From Gemmatimonadota bacterium (GTDB lineage Bacteria; Gemmatimonadota; Gemmatimonadetes; Gemmatimonadales; GWC2-71-9), in assembly GCA_003222115.1 (NCBI GenBank), contig QHUL01000054.1, forward strand, positions 56,925 through 120,924: 64,000 bases of DNA, read 5' to 3'. The notes below the pieces were generated by a model. The model made no database searches. It saw nothing but the letters and a program-made list of their open reading frames with translations, and was not told the DNA's origin. The translations under genes and the position numbers were made by a program. Shown one piece after another: positions 9,339 to 18,162 of the stretch; positions within the stretch are counted from its first letter, which is position 1, and the number at the start of each line of letters is the position of its first letter.

Positions 9339-10619
9339 TCAGGCCACCATGACGGGCTGCTTGCGTCCCGCGATGTAATCCTCGAACTCGGTGCGGAACT
9401 TCTTGATCCCGGAAACGACGGGTGCGGCGCAAGAGTCGCTCAGCACGCAAATCGTCTTCCCGGTCATGTTGTCCGACAGGTCGAGCAGCAGGTCGAGGTC
9501 CGCCATCTTCCCCTGCCCCGCGAGGATCCGCTCGAGGATCTTGGTGGTCCACGCGGTGCCCTCGCGGCACTGGGTACACTGCGCGCACGACTCGTGCGCG
9601 TAGAAGCGGGCCAGGCGCATGATCTGGTAGACCATGTCCGCGGAGTCATCGAACACGATCACGCCGCCTGAGCCGAGCATCGTGCCCTTCTCGACACAGC
9701 CCTCGTAATCGAGCAGGCAGCCCTCAGATTCCTCGCGGTTGAGGATGGGCACCGACGAGCCGCCCGGGATGCACGCCTTGAGCGTGCGCCCGGGCCGCAT
9801 CCCGCCGCACAACTCGTGGAGCAGATCCTTCAGCGGGAAGCCCATCGTCACTTCGTAGTTCCCCGGCAGGCGCACGTGCCCGCACACCGAGAACAGCTTC
9901 GTGCCGGTGCTCTTGGGGTTGGAGAGCGACATCGCCTTGTACCACGCGGCGCCCTGCCGCAGGATGTGCGGCACGGCGGCGAGCGTCTCCACGTTGTTGA
10001 TCGTGGTCGGCATCCCGAACACGCCGAACGCCGCGGGGAACGGCGGCTTGATCCGCGGGTTTCCGCGCTTCCCCTCGATCGAGTTCATCATCGCGGTCTC
10101 TTCCCCGCAGATATACGCCCCGGCCCCGCGGTGCAGGTGGATCTTGTGGCCGCCGAGCACGCCGGCCTTCGTTGCCTCGGCGAGCGCTTGCTCCATGATG
10201 GCGTAGGGCTCGGTGAACTCCCCGCGGATGTAGATGTAGCCCACCTCGGCCTGGATCGCCCGCATCGCGATCAGCGTGCCCTCGAGCAGGGCGTGCGGCG
10301 TCCAGCGCATGATCTCCCGGTCCTTGAACGTCCCGGGCTCAGACTCGTCCGCGTTCACGCACAGGTAGTGGGGTTTCTTCTTCTCTTTCGGCATGAACGA
10401 CCACTTGAGCCCCGTCGGGAAGCCCGCCCCGCCGCGCCCCCGCAGCCCCGATTCCTTCACCACGTCCGTGATCGCCGCCGGCGCCATGGTCTGGGCCTGT
10501 TTCCACGCCTCGTAGCCTCCGCGCTTCGCCCACCCCTTGTAGGTGCGGGCGTCGGGGTCGCCGAAGTGCTTGGAGAGCAGCGCCGTCTCCTTGGCATGCG
10601 GTTTGTGAGGGTAGCCCAT
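9339..10619 (-). CDS. nuoF: NADH-quinone oxidoreductase subunit F
   Basis: SGLRGRGGAGFPTG, NADESEPGTFKDR, GAYICGEET, ESCAQCTQCREG. Confidence 0.96.
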   Translation of the reverse strand: MGYPHKPHAKETALLSKHFGDPDARTYKGWAKRGGYEAWKQAQTMAPAAITDVVKESGLRGRGGAGFPTGLKWSFMPKEKKKPHYLCVNADESEPGTFKDREIMRWTPHALLEGTLIAMRAIQAEVGYIYIRGEFTEPYAIMEQALAEATKAGVLGGHKIHLHRGAGAYICGEETAMMNSIEGKRGNPRIKPPFPAAFGVFGMPTTINNVETLAAVPHILRQGAAWYKAMSLSNPKSTGTKLFSVCGHVRLPGNYEVTMGFPLKDLLHELCGGMRPGRTLKACIPGGSSVPILNREESEGCLLDYEGCVEKGTMLGSGGVIVFDDSADMVYQIMRLARFYAHESCAQCTQCREGTAWTTKILERILAGQGKMADLDLLLDLSDNMTGKTICVLSDSCAAPVVSGIKKFRTEFEDYIAGRKQPVMVA

Positions 10620-10650
10620 CAACCCCACCCCTCCCTTCCGCATTGGCCCT

Positions 10651-11151
10651 TCACTTGTATTTCCTCACGAGCTCCGGAACTCTCTCCGGCGTCACGCTCT
10701 CGACGAAGTCGTCGTTGACGAGCACGGGCGTCGCGAAGCCGCAGGCGCCCAGACACTCGACCTCGATCACGGTCCACTGGCCGTCGGGGCTCGTGGCGCC
10801 GAGCTCCTTGGCCCCCGTGTGCGCGAGCAGGGCCTTCACCACGTCCTCGGCGCCGCAGATGTTGCAGGGGGAGGTCGTGCACACCTGCACGAAGTTCGCG
10901 CCCACGGGGTGCTGATGGTACATCGTGTAAAACGTCACGACGCCCTTCACGTACGCGGGCGTGAGCCCGAGCACCTCCCCCACCTCGACCATGTTGCGGT
11001 CGGAGATCCAGCCGCGCTCACCCTGCACGAGCCACAGCGCGGGCAGCAGGGCGGCCTGCTTCGTCGGGTAACGGGTGAGGATCTCCTGGAGCCGCTCCAG
11101 CGTCTTGCCGGTGAAGACGGGCGCGTATTCCTGCGTCTCGACCGCGCTCAT
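10651..11151 (-). CDS. nuoE: NADH-quinone oxidoreductase subunit E
   Basis: VVTFYTMY, CTTSPC, ECLGAC 2Fe-2S ligands; ATG overlaps the nuoD stop. Confidence 0.94.
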   Translation of the reverse strand: MSAVETQEYAPVFTGKTLERLQEILTRYPTKQAALLPALWLVQGERGWISDRNMVEVGEVLGLTPAYVKGVVTFYTMYHQHPVGANFVQVCTTSPCNICGAEDVVKALLAHTGAKELGATSPDGQWTVIEVECLGACGFATPVLVNDDFVESVTPERVPELVRKYK

Positions 11152-12446
11152 CGGTCGACCTCCCCCATCACGATGTCCACCGACGCGTTGATCGCGATGA
11201 GGTCGCTCAGGAGATGCCCCTCGGCCATCTTCGGCAGCGACGACAGGTTGATGAAGGACGGCGGCCGGATGCGCCAGCGGACGGGCTTCGCCGAGCCGTC
11301 GGACACGAGGTAGGTGCCGAGCTCCCCCTTGGGGTTCTCGATCCCAACGTAGGCCTCCCCCACCGGCGCCTTCACGCCTTCCATCACCTGCTTGAAGTGG
11401 TAGATCATCGCCTCCATGTCGCTCATGGCGCGCGATTTGGAAGGCAGGATCACGCGGGGGTCGTCCACGTTCACGGGCCCGTCCGGGAGCCGGGCGAGCG
11501 CCTGCTGGAGGATACGGTTCGACTGGTGGCACTCCTCGAGCCGCACGAGGTAGCGGTCGTACACGTCGCCGTGCTCGCCGACCGGGACGTCGAAGTCGTA
11601 GGTCTCGTAGTCGAGGTAAGGCTTGTCGCGGCGCAGGTCGTAGGCGACGCCGCTCGCGCGCAGCATCGGCCCGGAGAGCGAGTGATTGATCGCCTCCTCC
11701 CGCCTGAGCACGCCGACGTTCTGGGTGCGGCCCACCCACACGGCGTTGCGCGTCAGCACCCCGTCGATCTCGTGCAGGGTCTTGGGGAACGTCTCCGTGA
11801 AGTGGCGCAGCCCCGTGACGAACGCGTCGGGGATGTCGGCCATCATGCCGCCGACACGGGTGACGCTGGTCGTGAGCCGCGCGCCGGTCCACATCTCCTG
11901 CAGGTCGTAGATCCGTTCCCGCTCCTGGAACGCCCACAAGAACGGCGTGAAGGCGCCGAGGTCGATCGCGGTCGTGCCGAGCCACACCATGTGCGAGATG
12001 ACGCGGCTCATTTCACAGGCGATCACGCGCAGCACCGTGCAGCGAGGCGTGATCGCGATGCCCATCAGCCGCTCCGCTGCGAGCGCGAACCCGACGTTGT
12101 TCGCCATCGGCGAGAGGTAGTCGGTGCGGTCGGTGAGCGGGATGATCTGATTGTAGTGGCGGTATTCGCCCAGCTTCTCGAAGCCGGAGTGGAGGTAGCC
12201 CACGTGCGGGATGCAGCGCACGACGACCTCGCCGTCGAGCTCGACCACGAGGCGCAGCACGCCGTGGGTCGCGGGATGCTGCGGGCCGATGTTGAGCAGC
12301 ATGTGCTCGCTGCCCGGCTCCACCGCGACCTGGCCCGCGACCTCGCCTCCGCCCGTGCCACCGACTGTCAGCGGAACGCGCACGGGGCGCCCCTGAGCGT
12401 CCAGCCCCGGCGTCGCGAGCTCGAGCTCGACCGTGCGCTTGTTCAT
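11148..12446 (-). CDS. nuoD: NADH-quinone oxidoreductase subunit D
   Basis: NIGPQHPATHGVLRL, GYLHSGFEK, ENPKGELG, C-terminal DIVMGEVDR. Confidence 0.96.
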   Translation of the reverse strand: MNKRTVELELATPGLDAQGRPVRVPLTVGGTGGGEVAGQVAVEPGSEHMLLNIGPQHPATHGVLRLVVELDGEVVVRCIPHVGYLHSGFEKLGEYRHYNQIIPLTDRTDYLSPMANNVGFALAAERLMGIAITPRCTVLRVIACEMSRVISHMVWLGTTAIDLGAFTPFLWAFQERERIYDLQEMWTGARLTTSVTRVGGMMADIPDAFVTGLRHFTETFPKTLHEIDGVLTRNAVWVGRTQNVGVLRREEAINHSLSGPMLRASGVAYDLRRDKPYLDYETYDFDVPVGEHGDVYDRYLVRLEECHQSNRILQQALARLPDGPVNVDDPRVILPSKSRAMSDMEAMIYHFKQVMEGVKAPVGEAYVGIENPKGELGTYLVSDGSAKPVRWRIRPPSFINLSSLPKMAEGHLLSDLIAINASVDIVMGEVDR

Positions 12447-13063
12447 TCGGAGAACGGGAGCTTGCCGCGCTCGCCTCGGCGCAGCCGCTCCTTCATATCC
12501 TCGGGGAGCTCGTCGAACGCCTCGGCGATGGCCAGCTCTTCCATGGAGTAGTGCGCCTCGGGATTGGCGCCCAGCGCCTGGCGCACCTGCTCCGCGCGGC
12601 TGAATCGGCCCCGCAGCGGGAAGTCCTTCCGAAGCGGATACCCCTCGGCGTAGGTCTCCCACATGAGGATCCTGCGGAGGTCCGGGTGACCGCGGAAGGT
12701 CACGCCGAACATGTCGTACACCTCCCGCTCGAGCCAATCGGCGCCGGCCCAGAGCCCGACCACCGAGTCCACGGCGAGCTCCTGCTCTTTGGGCAAGTCG
12801 ACCTTCACGCGCAGGTCGACGCGTCGCTCGAGCGACCGCACAAAGTACACGAGCTCGATCGGCCGCTCGGCGTCCCGGTACTCGACGGCCGTCACGTCCA
12901 CCAGGTAGTCGTAGCAGTGGCCAGCGGAGTCGCGCAGCCAGCGCATCACCTCGCCCAGCGCATCGCGGCCGACGGTCACGATCGTCTCGCCGTCGCGCGC
13001 CACGACCGCGCGGCCGATCGCGTTGCCGAAGGTCGCTCGCAGGGCGTCGACGGAGGGGTTCAC
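12443..13063 (-). CDS. nuoC: NADH-quinone oxidoreductase subunit C
   Basis: [35 protein letters not shown]; GTG start overlaps the nuoB stop. Confidence 0.94.
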   Translation of the reverse strand: MNPSVDALRATFGNAIGRAVVARDGETIVTVGRDALGEVMRWLRDSAGHCYDYLVDVTAVEYRDAERPIELVYFVRSLERRVDLRVKVDLPKEQELAVDSVVGLWAGADWLEREVYDMFGVTFRGHPDLRRILMWETYAEGYPLRKDFPLRGRFSRAEQVRQALGANPEAHYSMEELAIAEAFDELPEDMKERLRRGERGKLPFSE

Positions 13064-13665
13064 GCCGACCGGAACTGGTGCACCGAGTTGCCGAAGGGCT
13101 CGGAGATCTCGTCGATCCGCTCGGGCGGGAGGCGGAGCCCCTTGTCGTCGAGCGGCTGCTCGCGGCGCAGCTCCGGATCGAGCACCGTCTCGCCCTTGAT
13201 CTTCTTGTGCAGCAGCAGCACGCCGTACAGCAGCCCTTCCGGACGCGGCGGGCACCCGGGGACGTACACGTCCACCGGGACGATCGTGTCGATGCCCTGC
13301 ACCATGGCGTAGTTGTCGAAGATGCCGCCGGTCGAGGCGCACGCCCCCATCGAAATGACCCACTTGGGCTGGGGCATCTGGTCGTAGACGCGGCGGATCA
13401 CGGGCGCGAGCTTGAACGGCAGTCGCCCCGCGCAGATCAGCACGTCCGCCTGGCGGGGCGAGAACGCCTGTCGCTCCATCCCGAAGCGCGCGAAGTCGAA
13501 GCGGCTGGCCGCGGTCGCCATGAACTCGATGGCACAGCAGGCCGTGCCGAAGGGCATCGGCCACAGGGAGTTGGCGCGCGCCCAGTTGACCAGGTCGTCC
13601 AGCCGCGTCAGCAGCCAGTTGGGGCTCTGGCCGGCGACTTCTGTTGTTTCGAGGACGCGTTTCAT
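13060..13665 (-). CDS. nuoB: NADH-quinone oxidoreductase subunit B
   Basis: [28 protein letters not shown]. Confidence 0.96.
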   Translation of the reverse strand: MKRVLETTEVAGQSPNWLLTRLDDLVNWARANSLWPMPFGTACCAIEFMATAASRFDFARFGMERQAFSPRQADVLICAGRLPFKLAPVIRRVYDQMPQPKWVISMGACASTGGIFDNYAMVQGIDTIVPVDVYVPGCPPRPEGLLYGVLLLHKKIKGETVLDPELRREQPLDDKGLRLPPERIDEISEPFGNSVHQFRSA

Positions 13666-13691
13666 ACGCCCTGCGCGACGACGTCGCGAGC

Positions 13692-13736
13692 CGTCGTCAC
13701 GTGACGTCGTCTCGTGACGTCGTTTCGTGACGTCCT
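13692..13736. repeat. 13-nt imperfect tandem repeat (CGTCGTNNCGTGA x3 plus a partial copy) between nuoA and nuoB
   Basis: cgtcgtcacgtga / cgtcgtctcgtga / cgtcgtttcgtga / cgtcct read directly. Confidence 0.85.
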
Positions 13737-13747
13737 CGCTTCATGTT

Positions 13748-14122
13748 TCAATCCCATTCCAGTGCCCCGCGCTTCCACACGTAGATGTAGCCCACGGCAA
13801 GAATCAGGATGAACACCAGCATCTCCACGAGCAAGAACCCCGTCCCCGTCCCTGGCGCACCCCCGTCGCGGAAGATCGTCGCCCAGGGGAAGAGGAACAC
13901 GGTCTCGATGTCGAAGACGATGAAGAGCATCGCGACGAGATAGAACTTCACGGAGAACCGCTCGCGCGCGTCCCCGAGCGGCGGCATGCCGCTCTCGTAG
14001 GGAAGCTCCTTCACGGGGGTGGGCCGGCGCCGCGTGATCAGGTGCGAGGCGGCGATCATGCCGACCGCGTTCGCGACCACGAGCAGCAACAGCAGCAGGA
14101 AGGACGCGTAGGGTTGGATCAT
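13748..14122 (-). CDS. nuoA: NADH-quinone oxidoreductase subunit A
   Basis: PYESGMPP, FYLVAMLFIVFDIETVFLFPWA, WKRGALEW. Confidence 0.95.
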   Translation of the reverse strand: MIQPYASFLLLLLLVVANAVGMIAASHLITRRRPTPVKELPYESGMPPLGDARERFSVKFYLVAMLFIVFDIETVFLFPWATIFRDGGAPGTGTGFLLVEMLVFILILAVGYIYVWKRGALEWD

Positions 14123-14231
14123 CGCGCTCGTGAAAAAATTCACTTAAGCCGCCGAAACGTACCGCGCCGCTGCAGCCGTGTCAACCGACCGAGTGGCGTA
14201 AGTGTCGATGGCGCCGATATATTGCGCGACC

Positions 14232-14792
14232 ATGTCCATCAAATCCGATCGCTGGATCCGCCGCATGGCGCACCAGCACCGCATGATCGAGCCCTTTGCC
14301 GACGACCCGGCGCGGGGCGGCGTCATTTCCTACGGCGTGTCGTCCTACGGCTACGACATGCGTGTCGCGCCCGAGTTCAAGATCTTCACCAACGCCCTGT
14401 CGGCGGTCGTCGACCCGAAGCACTTCGATCCGAAGTCCTTCGTCGAGTTCCACGGCGACGTCTGCATCGTGCCCCCGAACTCGTTCGCCTTGGCGCGCTC
14501 GGTCGAGTACTTCCGCATCCCCCGCAACGTGCTGACCGTCTGCGTCGGGAAGAGCACGTACGCCCGTTGCGGCATCATCACCAACGTGACCCCGTTCGAG
14601 CCCGAGTGGGAGGGCTACGTCACACTCGAGATCTCGAATACCACGCCACTCCCCGCGAAGATCTACGCCAACGAGGGAATCGCCCAGGTCCTGTTCTTCA
14701 CGGCCGACGAAGGGGACGAGTGCGAGGTGAGCTACGCGGACAAGAAGGGCAAGTACCAGGCGCAGCGGGGGATCACGCTCCCCAAGCTGTGA
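14232..14792 (+). CDS. dcd: dCTP deaminase
   Basis: [46 protein letters not shown]. Confidence 0.95.
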   Translation: MSIKSDRWIRRMAHQHRMIEPFADDPARGGVISYGVSSYGYDMRVAPEFKIFTNALSAVVDPKHFDPKSFVEFHGDVCIVPPNSFALARSVEYFRIPRNVLTVCVGKSTYARCGIITNVTPFEPEWEGYVTLEISNTTPLPAKIYANEGIAQVLFFTADEGDECEVSYADKKGKYQAQRGITLPKL

Positions 14793-14798
14793 CAGGCG

Positions 14799-15218
14799 TC
14801 AAGCGGTCGACGGCCTGGCCGCGCCAAAGACCGTGATGCCCACCGCGGCCACGACGAGGATCACGACATCCGGGATCCAGCCCAGCTCGGCCGCCGGGAT
14901 CGCCATCTGCACCAGGTACATGGCGAAGTCGAACAGGCCGATGAGCAGGCCGAGGAGCACCGTGCCTTGCAGCGAGCGCCCCAGCTGGGCCAGCACGCTG
15001 CCCGTGACCAGGACGACCGCTCCCTGCCCGGCGGCGATGGCGAGCGCCGTCACGGCGTCGCTGAACAGCGTGTGGATCAGCCCCGAGCGGTTCGGGATGT
15101 AGCTGAACAGCCAGGTGTGGATCAACGCGATCACGATCCCGGCCGCGGTCGCGCAGATTGTCGCCCACACGGCGTAGTAGATGACGATTCTCATCCTGTC
15201 GCCCGATTCAACGGCCAT
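14799..15218 (-). CDS. Hypothetical integral membrane protein (about 4 TM)
   Basis: GGGAGG RBS before ATG (MAVESGDRMRIVIYY); four hydrophobic stretches. Confidence 0.7.
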   Translation of the reverse strand: MAVESGDRMRIVIYYAVWATICATAAGIVIALIHTWLFSYIPNRSGLIHTLFSDAVTALAIAAGQGAVVLVTGSVLAQLGRSLQGTVLLGLLIGLFDFAMYLVQMAIPAAELGWIPDVVILVVAAVGITVFGAARPSTA

Positions 15219-15292
15219 GCACGCCTCCCGAAGTCTGTGTCCGCCGGTGAGGGCCGGGGCAGGCTCAATTTGCCGCTTCCCCCGAGTCCCCG

Positions 15293-17371
15293 CTAGCGTA
15301 GGGCGGCCGTCGCGTCCTCGAGCGCCGCGCGAGCCCCGTCGATCCGCGCGGCGAGGTCCGCCAGCTCGCGCTCGGCGGTGGCGGGGTCCGCGTAGCGGAT
15401 CGCCTCGTTCACCGAGGGGAAAGCCATCGTGGCGTAGCCGTTGTCCACGTCCGACGCGAACTGCAGGCTGCGATACCAGCGACGGCTGGCGAGGCCCTGC
15501 GGCCGCGTGAGCCGGCGCTCGACCTGCATCAGCGCGGCGTTGGCGCGGGAGGCGCGAGTGGAATCCGTGATGGCGAGCGCGCTGTCGCGGGCGCGTGCCA
15601 GCGCCCGCGCCGCGTCCGTGAAGCGGCCGAGGGCGTCCTTCAACCCCTGAGTGCTCACGGTCCATTGCTTGCGCGTGATCCCGGAGTCGAGCTGCGACAC
15701 CAGCCGGGTCAGCTCGGTTCCGAACGCGACGTAGTCGTAGGGCAGCAGTTCGGCGTTCGCGAGCCGCGCGGCCATCACGGCCACGAGCTGCGCGCCGGCC
15801 CGGTGCGCCCGGTACCCCGGGTCGCCGAACCGCGACATCCAGTCGTAGGAGTCGTACATCGAATGGTAGATCCCGTCGGGAGCGTCGAACCCGATCCCGC
15901 CCGCGGGAATGCCGAGGTGGTGATAGAAGCCGGCGAAGTCCGAGCCCCCGCCCAGGTTGCCGAGTGTGAGATCCGCGGTATCGCTCTTGTTGCGCAGCAG
16001 CCAGACGTCGTATACGGTCCCCGGTCCCCGCGGGTCGGGCACCGCCTTGGCAGCCTCCCGCACGAGCGGTTTGAGCGAGGGAGACGCGGCGCCGCTGAAG
16101 GTCGATCCCGAGAACGTGCCGTCTTCGTTGATGTAGGCCACCGCGTGCGCCAGGAGCGAATCCTCCATCTCCTCCACCCACTCGGTCGATCCCGTGAGGC
16201 CCCACTCCTCCGCGTCCCAGGTCGCGAAGATGACCGTGCGCGCCGGCCGCAGCCCCTGCCGCGCCAGCCCGGCGAAGGCGCGCGCCGCCTCGAGCACCGT
16301 GACCGTGCCGCTGATGTTATCCCGCGCCCCTGGGCCCCATGCGTCCCGGTGGGCGCCCACCACGATCCACTCGTCGGGATAGCGCGCCCCGCGCACCATC
16401 CCGAACGTGTCCCAGATCGGGTGCATCGCGCGCGCGCCGCGCTCCGTCTGCACGTGGAGCCGCGCCCGCACGGGGCCCGGGCCGAGGTGGTAGCGGAACG
16501 GCAGCGCGCCCTGCCAGGCCTGCGGCACGGAAGGGCCGGCGAGCGGCTCGAGCAAGCGCCGCGCGTTGCCGTAGCTCATCGGCACTACGGGGATGCGCGG
16601 GATGGGAAGCGACTCTTCGGGCGCGCGGCGGGCCCCCGGGAGCGAGGCGTAGCCCGGCGTGGTGGGATCGCCATTGACGTTCAGGACGCTGCCGCGCTGG
16701 ATGCCTCCCCAGGGGCGCATCGGCCCGCGGGGATAGACGTCGCCGCGGAAGTACCCGTCGTCCTGCGGGTCGGAGTAGATGATCAGGCCGGTGGCGCCGT
16801 GCCGCTCCGCCTCGCGGGCCTTGATGCCGCGGAAGGAGCGCCCGTAGCGGGCCACCGCGATCCTCCCCCGCACGCTGACGCCCAGCGAGTCGAGCGTCTG
16901 GTAGTCTTCGATCAGCCCGTAGTTCACGTACACGACGTCGCCCGTCACGTCGCCGTCCCCCGTGTAGCCGTTGAACGGCGGGACCTGCGGCCCCTGCGTC
17001 GCGGGGTTGCCCGCCACCGGTGGCTCGCGCAGCGCCAGCGGCACGGCGACCGCCCCCGGACGGGCGATGAGCCACGCCGCCACGATCTCGGGCTGTGGCA
17101 GGTAGACCGTGTACTCCTTCGTCCAGCTCTCGAGACCCCACGACCGCAGCTTCTCGACGACGTAGTCGCGCGTCACCGCCTGCGCCGGCGTTCCGGCCAT
17201 GTGCGGCAGGCGGGTCAGGTCGCGCGACATCGCCCGCAGGCTCGCGCTGTCGGGGATCGCGAGCAACAGGCGCTCGAAGTCGCGCTCGGCGGCGGCTGGG
17301 GGCGACCGCAAAACGGGCGACGGGCCTTGAGCGAGTAACACGACGAGAACGGCGATCGGAAGCGGGCTCAT
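15293..17371 (-). CDS. M28 peptidase, glutamate carboxypeptidase II-like (PA and TfR-dimerisation domains), secreted
   Basis: Signal peptide; HMAGT, YVNYG, IYSDPQDDG, GAHRDAW, WDAEEWG, GSDF, YHSMYD. Confidence 0.9.
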   Translation of the reverse strand: MSPLPIAVLVVLLAQGPSPVLRSPPAAAERDFERLLLAIPDSASLRAMSRDLTRLPHMAGTPAQAVTRDYVVEKLRSWGLESWTKEYTVYLPQPEIVAAWLIARPGAVAVPLALREPPVAGNPATQGPQVPPFNGYTGDGDVTGDVVYVNYGLIEDYQTLDSLGVSVRGRIAVARYGRSFRGIKAREAERHGATGLIIYSDPQDDGYFRGDVYPRGPMRPWGGIQRGSVLNVNGDPTTPGYASLPGARRAPEESLPIPRIPVVPMSYGNARRLLEPLAGPSVPQAWQGALPFRYHLGPGPVRARLHVQTERGARAMHPIWDTFGMVRGARYPDEWIVVGAHRDAWGPGARDNISGTVTVLEAARAFAGLARQGLRPARTVIFATWDAEEWGLTGSTEWVEEMEDSLLAHAVAYINEDGTFSGSTFSGAASPSLKPLVREAAKAVPDPRGPGTVYDVWLLRNKSDTADLTLGNLGGGSDFAGFYHHLGIPAGGIGFDAPDGIYHSMYDSYDWMSRFGDPGYRAHRAGAQLVAVMAARLANAELLPYDYVAFGTELTRLVSQLDSGITRKQWTVSTQGLKDALGRFTDAARALARARDSALAITDSTRASRANAALMQVERRLTRPQGLASRRWYRSLQFASDVDNGYATMAFPSVNEAIRYADPATAERELADLAARIDGARAALEDATAALR

Positions 17372-17496
17372 TGAGGATTCGGGATCCTGAGGGTTCGGTG
17401 GCATCACCCACGGGGCGCCTAGTTATACCGGCGGTGGCGCGCTTCGTCCAGCCGGGCACGGTTGCGCCGCGCGCCTCTCGGGCCAAGCTTGATGTG

Positions 17497-18162
17497 ATGT
17501 TCGTCGCTCGCGTTCGGTCGCTGGCGCTGCTCAGCGCCCTGACCTGCGCCTGCGGGCGCGTGGGCGTCGTGGGGCACGGGTCGAGCCGCGGCTCGCTGGT
17601 CGCCTCCTCCGTGTACAACGAGGCGGGCATCCCCCAGATCACCCCCACGAGCACGAGCCGCCTGCTGCACGCCGTGGGGCCCTGGACGTTCATGCTCGCT
17701 CCGGACGACTCCGCGGAAGGTGCCTTCATGGCGGCCTTCGCGGCCGAGCGGCTCGGCGCGCAGCGGGTCTCGATCTTCTTTGTGAATGACGAGTACGGCG
17801 CAGGGCTGCGCGACGGCGTCCGGGCGGAGCTGCAGCAGCGCCGTGTTGCCGTCCTCGACGAAGTGGGGTTCGGCACGGAGAGCGACTACGCGGCGCTGGT
17901 GGGCGCGTCGCTGCGTCGCGGGCGGCCGGACGTGATCATCATCGCCGGTCGTGCGGCCGACTCGATCTACGTCGTCGCGTTCTGGCTACCCGACGCGCCC
18001 GACTCGCTGTCGCGCGCCTTCGTGGAGCGGTTTCGCCGCATCGCGGGCCGCGTTCCACAGTCCTCGGACGCGATGTCCGACAGCTTCCGCCCGGATCGGA
18101 CGCCGCGGCTCGTCATGGCCCGGCTGGTGCGGGGCGCCGCCGTGCGGATGGAGTCCCGTTGA
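17497..18162 (+). CDS. LivJ-like (type 1) periplasmic binding lipoprotein, internally deleted; possible pseudogene
   Basis: Lipobox-like TCAC; VVGHGSS, YNEAGIPQITPTST, NDEYGAGL, PDVIIIAG. Only 221 aa, with expected segments apparently missing. Confidence 0.7.
   Translation: MFVARVRSLALLSALTCACGRVGVVGHGSSRGSLVASSVYNEAGIPQITPTSTSRLLHAVGPWTFMLAPDDSAEGAFMAAFAAERLGAQRVSIFFVNDEYGAGLRDGVRAELQQRRVAVLDEVGFGTESDYAALVGASLRRGRPDVIIIAGRAADSIYVVAFWLPDAPDSLSRAFVERFRRIAGRVPQSSDAMSDSFRPDRTPRLVMARLVRGAAVRMESR

Noticed and set aside
13692-13736. Short repeats as a CRISPR array
   Set aside because: Units are 13 nt or shorter, contiguous, without unique spacers, and no cas genes are present.
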